DNA of 64,000 nt from Thermodesulfovibrionia bacterium (GTDB taxonomy: Bacteria > Nitrospirota > Thermodesulfovibrionia > UBA6902): the NCBI GenBank assembly GCA_947259645.1, contig CAMYND010000004.1, positions 698 to 64,697 of the forward strand. Direction: 5' to 3'. Below are positions 27,147-36,683 of this stretch, in pieces. The notes under the pieces are model-generated. The model searched no databases and was not told the DNA's origin. It saw only the letters and a program-made list of their open reading frames with translations. The translations under genes were made by a program, and so were the position numbers. Each line of letters opens with the position of its first letter. Within the stretch, counting starts at the first letter, position 1.

Positions 27147-27515
27147 ATGGACAAGAACTTTACGGTACTTCATAAAATATTGCAGGCATCTTCTACGCGG
27201 CAAAAGGTGCTCGCCTCAAATGTTGCCAATGCTGAAACTCCCGGTTATAAGAGCAAGGATGTAAAGTTCAGCAATTTCCTCGGAAAGGAAATGGAGTTAA
27301 AGGCAACAAACTCCAAGCATATAAAAAGTAAAAACAGCGGCAGTAACGGTAATGTAGTAGTCAGGGAAAACCCTTCCTGGGGTGATGGAAACAATGTGGA
27401 GCTCAATGCTGAAGTCGGAAAGATGCAGGAGAACTCACTGACTCACAATGCCGCCATAAAGATTATAAATTCAAAAATCGGAATGTATAAAAGCGCTATC
27501 AAGGGCGGGAGGTAA
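27147..27515 (+). CDS. flgB: Flagellar basal-body rod protein FlgB
   Basis: 'VLASNVANAETPGYKSKDV' is the rod N-terminal motif. RBS gggag. It is the first gene of the flgBC-fliE block. Confidence 0.9.
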   Translation: MDKNFTVLHKILQASSTRQKVLASNVANAETPGYKSKDVKFSNFLGKEMELKATNSKHIKSKNSGSNGNVVVRENPSWGDGNNVELNAEVGKMQENSLTHNAAIKIINSKIGMYKSAIKGGR

Positions 27516-27522
27516 TTAGCAC

Positions 27523-27930
27523 ATGGATATATTTAAGGTAAGCGCGTCTGCACTGGATGCCAACAGGGTGAGGATGAACACAATCGCATCAAACATGGCA
27601 AATGCGCAATCAACTGAGACTGAAGAAGGAGGGCCTTACACAAAGAAAAATGTTGTCTTTAAAACGGTTCTTCTTGGACAGGACAGATCTGCTCCTCTGG
27701 AAGGGGTTAACGTTGCGGGAATTGTTGAAGACTCAAAGCCTCCCCTTGTAATTTATGACCCTGGTCACCCTGACGCAGACGAAGAGGGGAATGTACTGAT
27801 GCCGAATATCAATGTAATTGAAGAGATGGTAAATATGATGATGGCCCTGAGATCATATGAAGCAAATGTCAAGGCCTTTAATATATCCAAGGGGATGTAT
27901 CAGAAAGCCCTTGAGATCGGGAGGGTATAA
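27523..27930 (+). CDS. flgC: Flagellar basal-body rod protein FlgC
   Basis: 'RMNTIASNMANAQST' and C-terminal 'EEMVNMMMALRSYEANV'. Confidence 0.9.
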   Translation: MDIFKVSASALDANRVRMNTIASNMANAQSTETEEGGPYTKKNVVFKTVLLGQDRSAPLEGVNVAGIVEDSKPPLVIYDPGHPDADEEGNVLMPNINVIEEMVNMMMALRSYEANVKAFNISKGMYQKALEIGRV

Positions 27931-28226
27931 TGTCTGACATACCGATTAACAACATTGGCAGCATTAATGGCCCCGGCGAAATATCAAAGACAAACTCCGT
28001 GAACAATGAAAAGGGGAATTTTGAATCAGTCATCAATGAGGCATTGAACAAGGTCTCCCAGGTACAGGAAGATGTGGATAAAGCAGTGAATGAGCTTTCC
28101 TCAGGTGGGGACATTACGAGCGCAGTCCTTGCTATAGAAAAAGCTGACATGACTTTTCAAATGATGGTTGAGGTCAGAAACAAACTTATCAGTACCTATC
28201 AGGAAGTCATGAGGATGCAGGTATAG
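27930..28226 (+). CDS. fliE: Flagellar hook-basal body protein FliE
   Basis: 98 aa with C-terminal 'MVEVRNKLISTYQEVMRMQV'. TAATG overlap with flgC. Confidence 0.85.
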   Translation: MSDIPINNIGSINGPGEISKTNSVNNEKGNFESVINEALNKVSQVQEDVDKAVNELSSGGDITSAVLAIEKADMTFQMMVEVRNKLISTYQEVMRMQV

Positions 28227-28327
28227 CGAACCGCTGAAATAATCAAACGAGCCGGGTTTAATAAAGCAATCAGGATAGACATGGTAACTGATGTTCAACT
28301 AATAACTATATCGCACGAGAGGGTACA

Positions 28328-29881
28328 ATGGCTGCCATTAACAATGTCCTGGACAACTTAAAAGAGATGCCAGCAGGCAAGCAGTTTGTTTTGCTTGCTG
28401 TAATTATCATAAGTGTGGCGGGAATGCTGCTCTTCTATACATGGATTCAGAAGGCTGACTATCAGGTTCTGTATACCAATCTTTCTGATGCGGATGCAGG
28501 CAGTATCGTCCAGGAGTTACAGGCCAAGAACATCCCGTATCAGATTGGTGATGGCGGGGCGGTTCTCGTTGCCTCAGACAACGTCCATAGTGCAAGACTT
28601 CAGCTGGCTTCAGAGGGCCTTCCTCAGGGAAGCGGAGTTGGCTTTGAGATCTTTGACAATACCAGTTTTACCACAAGTGAATTTGTACAGAAACTCAATT
28701 TCCGGCGTGCCCTCGAAGGAGAGCTGTCGAGAACGATCAGAACTCTCAATGGAGTAAGTCAGAGCAGGGTTCACCTGGTTGTCCCTGATAAATCAATATT
28801 CGCATTGTCGGACAGCAGCTCCAAAACAACGGGAGCGGTATTCATTACACTGGCGCAGGGGCGAAAACTGAGCAGCTCAGAAGTTCAGGGAATAGTGCAT
28901 CTTGTTGCAAGCAGCGTTGAAGATCTCGCAGCAGAACAGATCACTGTCATAGACAATAAGGGGGAACTGCTGACAAAACCCTCTGATGGCGGGGTAATGA
29001 GTCTGAGCGGGACACAGATGGAATATCAGACCGCCTTTGAAAAAGGTGTGATGGCAAAAGTCGTCAGCATTCTTGAGCCTGTCGTTGGCAAGGGTAAGGT
29101 CAATGCCAGAGTATCAGCGGAGTTTGATTTCACGAGAAGTGAGCGCACGGAAGAGACATATGATCCCGAAGGAGTCGTCGTGAGAAGTGAACAGAAGACA
29201 ACGGAAAAATCATCATCAGGATCACCGGGGTCAGGCATTCCAGGGGCATCAGCGAATTTGCCCGGAGCAGCAGGCGGCGGGTTCTCCTCATCTCAGGGGC
29301 AGTCCCAGAAGCAGGACGAGATGATAAATTATGAAACAAGCAAGACAGTAACACATATCATTGAATCCCCCATATCACTGGAGCGTCTTTCTGTGGCAAT
29401 ACTTCTCGACGGTATATTGCCGTCTCAAAAAGATACAGTAGACAATGCGGACAACTATATTGTGAGATCTGAAGAGAGTATTAAGGGGTATGAAGACATT
29501 ATAAAGAAGACCATTGGCTTTGACGAAGACAGGGGCGATGAAATAAGCGTATCAGTAATGCCTTTTGAACTGGCTGTGATCGTTGAAGAGGAGGAAGTTC
29601 CAATAGACTATATGGCAATTGCCATGACAGTGTTGAAGTATATTGTGCCGTTGATCGTAGCTTTGCTGTTCTTCCTTATAGTGATGCGTCCATTGATGAA
29701 GTCGCTTACAGCGCCTGTTCCGGTCCGCGCAGTTTCACCACCAGGTGGGGTTGAGGGACGCGGGGCTCTTGAGGAGCCACTACAGACAAAACAGATACCC
29801 ATGGAGAAACAGGTTACAGACTGGGCGGCAAATAACCCCCAGCAGGCAGCTGGACTGGTAAAGGGATGGCTGGAGGAATAA
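28328..29881 (+). CDS. fliF: Flagellar MS-ring protein FliF
   Basis: 517 aa with an N-terminal TM, 'FRRALEGELSRTI', a second TM near the C-terminus and a FliG-binding tail. Confidence 0.9.
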   Translation: MAAINNVLDNLKEMPAGKQFVLLAVIIISVAGMLLFYTWIQKADYQVLYTNLSDADAGSIVQELQAKNIPYQIGDGGAVLVASDNVHSARLQLASEGLPQGSGVGFEIFDNTSFTTSEFVQKLNFRRALEGELSRTIRTLNGVSQSRVHLVVPDKSIFALSDSSSKTTGAVFITLAQGRKLSSSEVQGIVHLVASSVEDLAAEQITVIDNKGELLTKPSDGGVMSLSGTQMEYQTAFEKGVMAKVVSILEPVVGKGKVNARVSAEFDFTRSERTEETYDPEGVVVRSEQKTTEKSSSGSPGSGIPGASANLPGAAGGGFSSSQGQSQKQDEMINYETSKTVTHIIESPISLERLSVAILLDGILPSQKDTVDNADNYIVRSEESIKGYEDIIKKTIGFDEDRGDEISVSVMPFELAVIVEEEEVPIDYMAIAMTVLKYIVPLIVALLFFLIVMRPLMKSLTAPVPVRAVSPPGGVEGRGALEEPLQTKQIPMEKQVTDWAANNPQQAAGLVKGWLEE

Positions 29882-29890
29882 CAGGCTGAT

Positions 29891-30871
29891 ATGACTGGAT
29901 ATGAAAAGGCAGCTATATTCTTAAGCTCAATAGGAGAGGACATTGCAGCTCTGATATTGAGGAATCTGGAACAGGATGAAATCAGTAAAATATCTTCCTG
30001 CATGGCAAAACTCAAATCTTCTGATCGTGATAAGAAAGAGGATGTATTTAAAGAAACACTGGACAAGGTAACCAGTGGTGATCTTCAGGTTGGCGGTGAG
30101 GATTATGTTAAGAATATGCTCACAAAAGGGTTTGGAGGTGAAGATGCTCAAAGGATCCTTGAAATGGTGTCAAAGGAGAGTCCATTAGAATCATTGAAGA
30201 TGGTCAATTCGAAGACATTGTCAAACTATTTGATTGCAGAGCATCCCCAGACTATCGCTCTGGTACTCTGCCTGCTCGAGTCTGATCAGGCGGCTGACGT
30301 CATGAATAATCTTCCTGAAAGCATGAGAAATGAAATCGCTGTAAGGGTAGCCGCAACTGAACGGATTCCGGAGAACGCATTGGAGGACATAGAAGCGGTG
30401 CTTAAAGTCCAGCTGGAAGCGGACACCGGCAGAGAGAGCACAGAGTTTAACGGAACAAAAGCGATTGCCGAAATATTAAACAAATGTGAACGGGATACAG
30501 AACAGGAAATTCTTGATCAGCTTGATGAAAATAATGCTGAACTGGCAGACGCAATCAGGGAACTGATGCTTGTATTTGATGATCTGGAAAAGATCGATGA
30601 CAGAGGCATTCAGATGATATTGAAAGAAGTGAACACAGAAGAGCTGTCTATGGCATTAAAGTCAGCAACTGATGAGCTGAAGGATAAAATATTTAATAAT
30701 ATGTCTCAGAGAGCGGTCAAGCTTCTGAAAGAAGATATGGATTCAAAGGGGCCGGTCAAAGTATCTGATGTGGAAAATGCCCAGAAAAGTATTGTTAAAA
30801 TTGCGCGTAAACTCAGTGATGAAGGATTAATCATGATAGCGGGCCGAGGCAAGGAGGAAATGATTGTTTAA
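29891..30871 (+). CDS. fliG: Flagellar motor switch protein FliG
   Basis: 'GYEKAAIFLSSIGEDIAA', 'EHPQTIALVL', 'MLVFDDL' and 'LSMALK' are present. Confidence 0.9.
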   Translation: MTGYEKAAIFLSSIGEDIAALILRNLEQDEISKISSCMAKLKSSDRDKKEDVFKETLDKVTSGDLQVGGEDYVKNMLTKGFGGEDAQRILEMVSKESPLESLKMVNSKTLSNYLIAEHPQTIALVLCLLESDQAADVMNNLPESMRNEIAVRVAATERIPENALEDIEAVLKVQLEADTGRESTEFNGTKAIAEILNKCERDTEQEILDQLDENNAELADAIRELMLVFDDLEKIDDRGIQMILKEVNTEELSMALKSATDELKDKIFNNMSQRAVKLLKEDMDSKGPVKVSDVENAQKSIVKIARKLSDEGLIMIAGRGKEEMIV

Positions 30872-31517
30872 CAACAAAATTATTAAGCGGGGTGATGCCG
30901 CCCTGTTTGACATGCCCTCTCTTGATTGCGGAGGAGAGAGCATAGCGAATGCTGAGGAAGTGGAGAAGAGGTCCTATGAAGAAGGGTTCGCTTCAGGAGA
31001 AAAGGCCGGTTTTTCCGAGGGATCACAAAAAGCAGCTGTCCTGAGCGACCGGCTTGAGCTGATATTAAGAGATTTAGCGGCCTTCAGGGACAGTTATGTT
31101 AATGATGTCGAGACCAAGGTCGTAGATCTTGCCGTGGCTATTGCACGGAGGATTATCATCGAAGAGATCAGTATGAAGCCGCAGATTATCGTCTCTATGG
31201 TTAAAGAGGCTCTGAAAAGGCTGGAGAGGGTAGGTAATATCAGGATCAAAGTAAACCCCGCTTTATATGATATGTTTATGAGTAAAAGACCTGAACTCAT
31301 TGAAATTCATGATGATATAACCTTTGATGTTGATTCAAGCGTTCCTGTAACTGGTCCCCTTGTGATAAGCGCGATAGAGGAGGCTGTCACTGATGTTGAT
31401 TCAATGCTAGAGAATATTCTGGAAGAGTTAAAAACAACAGAGAGCGGGCAGGGACAGGCCGACTGCCAGTGCCCTGAAATTGATGATCAGGGAAAAGCCG
31501 AACCAAAGGAATATTGA
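30864..31517 (+). CDS. fliH: Flagellar export ATPase regulator FliH
   Basis: TTG start 6 nt after aaggagg. 'YEEGFASGEKAGFSEG' is FliH-like, and the gene sits between fliG and fliI. Confidence 0.75.
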   Translation: MFNNKIIKRGDAALFDMPSLDCGGESIANAEEVEKRSYEEGFASGEKAGFSEGSQKAAVLSDRLELILRDLAAFRDSYVNDVETKVVDLAVAIARRIIIEEISMKPQIIVSMVKEALKRLERVGNIRIKVNPALYDMFMSKRPELIEIHDDITFDVDSSVPVTGPLVISAIEEAVTDVDSMLENILEELKTTESGQGQADCQCPEIDDQGKAEPKEY

Positions 31518-32854
31518 TGGTTATGGGGGCGATTGATCTCGATAAATACATATCCCGTGCTGAACATTCGGAACCGTACAAGGTTTACGGCCGCATAGTA
31601 GAAATAACAGGGATCACTATCAAGGCAACCGGTCTCGATGTGTCCATTGGAGAATCATGCAAGATATACTCGGACCATGCTGAACCTGTTGATGCTGAAG
31701 TTGTGGGATTCAAGGAGGGAAAGGTCGTACTTATGGCTACCGGGGAGATGTCAGGCATACGGCACGGGAGCAGGGTCATGTCGATGGGCAAGAACATATC
31801 CATAAATGTAAGTGAAAACCTTATCGGAAGGGTCATTGATGCTGTTGGAAATCCTATTGACGGTAAGGGTCCGATAGATGGTGATCATTACCCGCTCTTC
31901 GGGTGTTCACCCAACCCTTTGACACGGCAGAGGATAACAGAACCCATGGATATCGGTATCAGATCCATAAATGGTCTGCTAACATGCGGCAAGGGGCAGA
32001 GAGTCGGCATTATGGCGGGATCCGGTGTCGGAAAAAGTATTCTGCTCAGTATGATTGCCAAGTATTCTGAGGCTCCTGTTAATGTTATTGCCCTGATAGG
32101 GGAGAGGAGCCGGGAAGTAAGAGAGTTTGTAGAACAGAATCTTGGGGAAGAAGGATTAAAAAAATCCATCGTTGTCGTATCAACATCAGATAAAGCGCCG
32201 CTGGCTAAGGTAAGAGGGGCCTATACAGCTACAGCAATAGCCGAGTATTTCAGAAATCGCGGACAAGATGTCATGCTTCTGATGGATTCGCTCACACGAG
32301 TCGCGATGGCACAGCGGGAAATAGGACTGGCAATCGGTGAGCCGCCAACCTCCAGGGGATATACACCTTCAGTGTTCGCGCTTCTGCCTAAACTGCTTGA
32401 AAGGGTGGGAACTTCGGAGGGTGACGGCAGCATTACCGGCATCTATACAATTCTTGTAGAAGGTGATGACATGATGGAGCCTGTCGCTGATATGTCAAGA
32501 TCGATTCTTGATGGGCATATCGTGCTCTCGAGGGAGCTCGCAATGGAAAATCACTATCCGTCAATTGACATCCTTCAGTCAGCAAGCAGAGTCATGCCCC
32601 ATATAATTAATGACAGGCACAAGAGTAATGCCGGAAAATTTGTTGAATCACTCTCTACGTATAGAAAGTTTGAAGATATGATTAACCTCGGGGCATATAA
32701 GCCGGGATCAAACCCACGGGTAGATTACGCGATAAAGATCCATGACAGGTTAAGGGAATATTTAAAGCAGGATATGAATGATACGATAGACTTTGCCGAT
32801 TCATTACAGGGGCTGTATTTAGTCTTTGATGAAATGGAGAAAGAGAATGCGTAA
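31517..32854 (+). CDS. fliI: Flagellum-specific ATP synthase FliI
   Basis: Walker A 'GSGVGKS' and 'LLMDSLTRVAMAQREIGLA'. The ATG overlaps the fliH stop. Confidence 0.95.
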   Translation: MVMGAIDLDKYISRAEHSEPYKVYGRIVEITGITIKATGLDVSIGESCKIYSDHAEPVDAEVVGFKEGKVVLMATGEMSGIRHGSRVMSMGKNISINVSENLIGRVIDAVGNPIDGKGPIDGDHYPLFGCSPNPLTRQRITEPMDIGIRSINGLLTCGKGQRVGIMAGSGVGKSILLSMIAKYSEAPVNVIALIGERSREVREFVEQNLGEEGLKKSIVVVSTSDKAPLAKVRGAYTATAIAEYFRNRGQDVMLLMDSLTRVAMAQREIGLAIGEPPTSRGYTPSVFALLPKLLERVGTSEGDGSITGIYTILVEGDDMMEPVADMSRSILDGHIVLSRELAMENHYPSIDILQSASRVMPHIINDRHKSNAGKFVESLSTYRKFEDMINLGAYKPGSNPRVDYAIKIHDRLREYLKQDMNDTIDFADSLQGLYLVFDEMEKENA

Positions 32855-33287
32855 GAAAAACACGATATCAAAAATACGCAAACTAAAGGAAACGAGAAAA
32901 GAAGAAATTGAAATTGAGGTTAAGGAAGCCGCTGACAAGCTTGATATTGAAAGAGATAAATTGATTGCAATTGAGAAAAACTATGAGGAAAAACTCAGCT
33001 GTTTTAACACCAACAATGCTGATGGTACCCTGGATGTGAACAGAATAAAGTCATATTATGAGTATTTCACACATATAGACGGAAAGATCAAAGAGCAGAA
33101 AGATGTAAACTCGCAGTGTAAAAAAGACCTGAACACACTGAAAGAATCCCTGGTGCTTGCCCATCAGGACCAGAAAATGTTTGAGATAATGGAAGATAAA
33201 ATTGATAAAAAGAACCTGAAAGAAAAAGCGCAATCTGAACAGAAGGAAGCGGACTTCTTTGTGCTTGCAAGGAGACTGAAACCGTGA
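32847..33287 (+). CDS. fliJ: Flagellar export chaperone FliJ (assigned mainly by position)
   Basis: A coiled-coil protein of about 146 aa directly after fliI. The start is moved to the ATG at 32847, which overlaps the fliI end. Confidence 0.65.
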   Translation: MRKKNTISKIRKLKETRKEEIEIEVKEAADKLDIERDKLIAIEKNYEEKLSCFNTNNADGTLDVNRIKSYYEYFTHIDGKIKEQKDVNSQCKKDLNTLKESLVLAHQDQKMFEIMEDKIDKKNLKEKAQSEQKEADFFVLARRLKP

Positions 33288-33727
33288 GGTCTTTATCTAT
33301 ATTAATTATTGTTATTATGATGGTGCTGAACGCCTATGCCGAGGATGACATTTTTATAAAGGTCGAGGAGCAAAGTAAGGAACTTGCGCAAAAAGAAGAA
33401 ATTATAAAACAGGAAATGGCAAGGCTGGAAGCATTAAAAAAAGAAGTGGAAACAGATATCGTAAAATATACTGATCTGCTAAAGCAGATCGACAAGTCTC
33501 TGAAGCTGGCTGAAGAAAAGGGGAATAAGAGGTTAAAGCATATTTCCAAGGCATATGAGGCAATGCCCCCGGAGGACGCGGCATCACGACTCTCCGGGCT
33601 TGATGAAAAGACCGCTGTTGAGATACTGCTGAAGATGAACAGTAAAAAAGCAGGGCTCGTCATAGGTATGATGGAAGCCAAAAAGGCTACCCTGTTAACT
33701 AAGAAGATTGCGAAGTTAAAGAAGTAA
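33284..33727 (+). CDS. MotE/YlxF-like flagellar protein (MgtE-N-like domain)
   Basis: Signal or TM segment, coiled coil, then 'AYEAMPPEDAASRLSGLDEKTAVEILLKMNSKKAGLVIGMM'. It occupies the same slot as ylxF in the Bacillus fla/che operon. Confidence 0.6.
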   Translation: MRSLSILIIVIMMVLNAYAEDDIFIKVEEQSKELAQKEEIIKQEMARLEALKKEVETDIVKYTDLLKQIDKSLKLAEEKGNKRLKHISKAYEAMPPEDAASRLSGLDEKTAVEILLKMNSKKAGLVIGMMEAKKATLLTKKIAKLKK

Positions 33728-33938
33728 ACCGACTAGTCTCTTCACACCTTAGCTGTGAATTAGCACAGCATTTTCACTGAAAACCATTTCTTACCTTTAA
33801 TATGCCTGGTTGTGTCGAGCATACGGATGGAAAAACTTTCCCCAGTAGGAAACAAAGGTGTTCATAATCCCCTCATTAATTGACCTCCGAAACATAATTA
33901 CTGTTAATATTCAATGATATAAGAGTAACCTGGCAAAC

Positions 33939-33954
33939 TGGCACGCCAATTGCA
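33939..33954 (+). promoter_or_regulatory. Sigma-54 promoter upstream of fliK-flgD-flgE
   Basis: TGGCAC-GCCAA-TTGCA is a full consensus match. Confidence 0.6.
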
Positions 33955-33965
33955 ATATGTCGGGC

Positions 33966-35918
33966 ATGAAGATTTTCGAATCAAACATTATGAACCTGGC
34001 AGGGATAAAAAAGCCGGACTTCAATGATATAAATATTGGCACTCACAGTGGCCAGGGTAAACAGCACTTTGATACCCTCCTGAGCAGTTTACAAAACGCC
34101 AGGTATGAAAAGAATGTCCAGTCTCATGAAACCTCTGATAGTCATGAAGACAGAAGAGAACAGGTATTTGAAAAACCAGTGAAGGCCGTGAGAAATACCG
34201 GTTATGATGACAGGCCATCTGAAACTCAGAAACGGGAACCTATTTCTGAGAATAAGACAGCGACTGATAATAAATCGGAAACCAATAATGATGAAAAGGG
34301 AATGATATCAAAAACAGACAATAAGCAGACTGAGCAGACTGAACTCACTGATCACACTAAACAGTCCGAGCAGACCGAGCACACTGAAAAGAATGTACAG
34401 AATGACCAAAATGAACAGACAGCTGAAGTGGTAAAAAATATTGATCAGGAACCGACAAATATGGCTGCGCAGCAAACAGAAGAAAACATTAAGCCAGAAC
34501 TCAGTTCTCTGGTTGATAACGCGCAGGGAAATACTATTCAGGTACAGTCACTCGTTGAAATGGAAATCAGTAAAGGAGAAAATAACACTCCCCAGGGTGA
34601 GGTTAGTACTGTGAAGACACCAGCATCGGAAACTATAGAGAATACGGAAGAGGTGCTGCCTGAGATGGCCAAGGTGATTTCTGAAACGAAGATCACTGTT
34701 GATACAGTCCTGTCTGGAATCGTGAAGGGTAATGGCAAGATATCTGCTGACAATATATTAATGAATGATGAAGGCAGTAAACAGATCAATCAGAAGTTAG
34801 AGGCAGATACTGCAAACGTTAAAGTAGTCAAAAAAGGTGATGAACTGTTTAAAGCCAATGAGCAGGGAATCAGTGCATCAACAATAAAGACAACCGAGCA
34901 GGGGATTGAAGGGGAGAAAATCCTCCGTTCCATGACGTCTTTATCTGAGGGGATGATTACAAAATCTGCAGAAACTGATGATCCTGATGGGCTCCCCGTG
35001 AATAAGCAGGATAATTCACTATCCGTGAATAAGGATAATAACAAAACTGAGATACAGAAGAATATCACTGAGATGCCTGAGATAATAAAGAAGGAGGGCA
35101 AAGATAATAACACCGATGCCGCTTTAAACAGCACTATCAAGTCAATTAAACCTGAAGAAGAGAACAGAAACACAAAAATTGAAGACCTCCTGAGCCGCGT
35201 GAACAAAAATAGTGGAGATGAGCAAAAAACAGAGATTAAGCAGGATCATATCAGGCAGGTAAAGGCCCAGGAATATGTGGAAGAGAAATATCTTACGCAG
35301 GGTAGTTTTAAGTCTGATGGAGCTCTTAACAGGGTAGTGCCGGAATTTGCTGAAAAGTTCTACCGTGAAAACGGATTCATCAGGAATACAGAACATACTC
35401 CAAAACCGGTTCGCATCAACACGGAAAATAATCATATATCAATGGTGGCTGAAACAGATGCTAAAGGACTTGAAGGCAAGATGAACGGACCATCGCTTGC
35501 TTCCAGTGTAACCAGATCTTCAGGTTTTACTGAAGTGGTGAATAAAATTGTATACGCTGCCAAAGGAGAGAGAAGCCTTGGCGTAACTGTTGATCACAAA
35601 GACCTTGGCAAACTCAATATAAAACTGAGTCTTGAAAAAGGTATGGTCCATGTTCATATAAACACTGCGGACAAAGCTGCACGGGAATTTGTAGAGAGCA
35701 ATATTCAGCAGATCGTTGAATCCCTCACCAAAAATGGTGTCAGTGTGGGAGGATTCTCGGTGGGGCTGAGAAACCATCAGAATAACGCCGGGTATGATAA
35801 TGGAACTGCCAACCAGGGAAATAAAGAGTTTAGCATTGACAGGGCAGCAGAGAAAGAATATGTAAGAGCAGCAACAAATGTATATGGAAATAATGGCCTT
35901 GTTAATGTATTTGCATAA
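33966..35918 (+). CDS. fliK: Flagellar hook-length control protein FliK
   Basis: A long polar, acidic and partly repetitive N-region precedes the C-terminal Flg_hook domain 'LGKLNIKLSLEKGMVHVHINTADKAAREFVESNIQQIVESL'. The start is uncertain. The track gives 33957, but that ATG lies inside a sigma-54 promoter motif, and 33966 is the next ATG. Confidence 0.75.
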   Translation: MKIFESNIMNLAGIKKPDFNDINIGTHSGQGKQHFDTLLSSLQNARYEKNVQSHETSDSHEDRREQVFEKPVKAVRNTGYDDRPSETQKREPISENKTATDNKSETNNDEKGMISKTDNKQTEQTELTDHTKQSEQTEHTEKNVQNDQNEQTAEVVKNIDQEPTNMAAQQTEENIKPELSSLVDNAQGNTIQVQSLVEMEISKGENNTPQGEVSTVKTPASETIENTEEVLPEMAKVISETKITVDTVLSGIVKGNGKISADNILMNDEGSKQINQKLEADTANVKVVKKGDELFKANEQGISASTIKTTEQGIEGEKILRSMTSLSEGMITKSAETDDPDGLPVNKQDNSLSVNKDNNKTEIQKNITEMPEIIKKEGKDNNTDAALNSTIKSIKPEEENRNTKIEDLLSRVNKNSGDEQKTEIKQDHIRQVKAQEYVEEKYLTQGSFKSDGALNRVVPEFAEKFYRENGFIRNTEHTPKPVRINTENNHISMVAETDAKGLEGKMNGPSLASSVTRSSGFTEVVNKIVYAAKGERSLGVTVDHKDLGKLNIKLSLEKGMVHVHINTADKAAREFVESNIQQIVESLTKNGVSVGGFSVGLRNHQNNAGYDNGTANQGNKEFSIDRAAEKEYVRAATNVYGNNGLVNVFA

Positions 35919-35950
35919 AATAATTATCTGTATGAGTGAATGGAGGAATA

Positions 35951-36604
35951 ATGGAATTACAGGGAATAAATAATATTAATGCTGGTGCAGGTAATGACAC
36001 ATTCGGAAAATCAGTGCTCGACCAGGAAGACTTTATGCAACTGCTTCTGGAAGAACTTGCTCATCAGGACCCTATGAACCCCATGGACAGTAAAGAATTT
36101 ACTGTGCAGCTTACGCAGTTCAGTTCTCTTGAAGGGATCAAGGAAATAAATAATAATCTGAATGACCTTCTTTCTCATCAGCAGTCCATGCAGAACGCGG
36201 CTGTTGCAAATATGATCGGCAAATCAGTCATAGTGGATGGAAACAGTGTGAATTTAAATGGATCAGCTACCATGAGCTATGACCTTGGAAATGACGCGGC
36301 CTTGGTCAAAGTCATTATCAGAGATGCCGGAGGAAGAATCGTCCGGTCCGGAGATACGGGACCACAATCAGCAGGTAATAAAAACTACCTGTGGGACGGC
36401 AAGGATGACCTTGGAAACCCCCTTGCTGATGGCCCCTATACATTCGGAATTGAAGCAGTAGATTCCAGGGGTAATCCTGTTGCCGCATCAAGCCTCTCTT
36501 CAGGATATGTCACAGGCGTTACTTTTGATAGCGGGGCTGCATACCTTGTTTTAGATGGACGCAGGAACGTAAATATGGCTGATATAAAGTCAATAGTGGA
36601 ATAA
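35951..36604 (+). CDS. flgD: Flagellar hook capping/assembly protein FlgD
   Basis: 'QEDFMQLLLEELAHQDPMNPMDSKEFTVQLTQFSSLE' with a FlgD Ig-like C-domain. The ATG follows ggagga. The track ORF starts at GTG 35936. Confidence 0.85.
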   Translation: MELQGINNINAGAGNDTFGKSVLDQEDFMQLLLEELAHQDPMNPMDSKEFTVQLTQFSSLEGIKEINNNLNDLLSHQQSMQNAAVANMIGKSVIVDGNSVNLNGSATMSYDLGNDAALVKVIIRDAGGRIVRSGDTGPQSAGNKNYLWDGKDDLGNPLADGPYTFGIEAVDSRGNPVAASSLSSGYVTGVTFDSGAAYLVLDGRRNVNMADIKSIVE

Positions 36605-36683
36605 ATGTAGTAATTTACAGTAATGAGACTGATTAAATTATGACTGTATATTTAATAAAAGGAATTCAAAAGGAGGAAATGTT

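Noticed and set aside
34300-34420. Imperfect repeats (cagactgagcagactgaactcactgatcacact...gagcagaccgagcacactgaa) that might have been a repeat array.
   Set aside because: They lie in frame inside fliK and encode the T/E/Q-rich low-complexity spacer (TEQTELTDHTKQSEQTEHTE) typical of hook-length rulers. There is no spacer-repeat regularity, so this is not a CRISPR or an intergenic repeat array.
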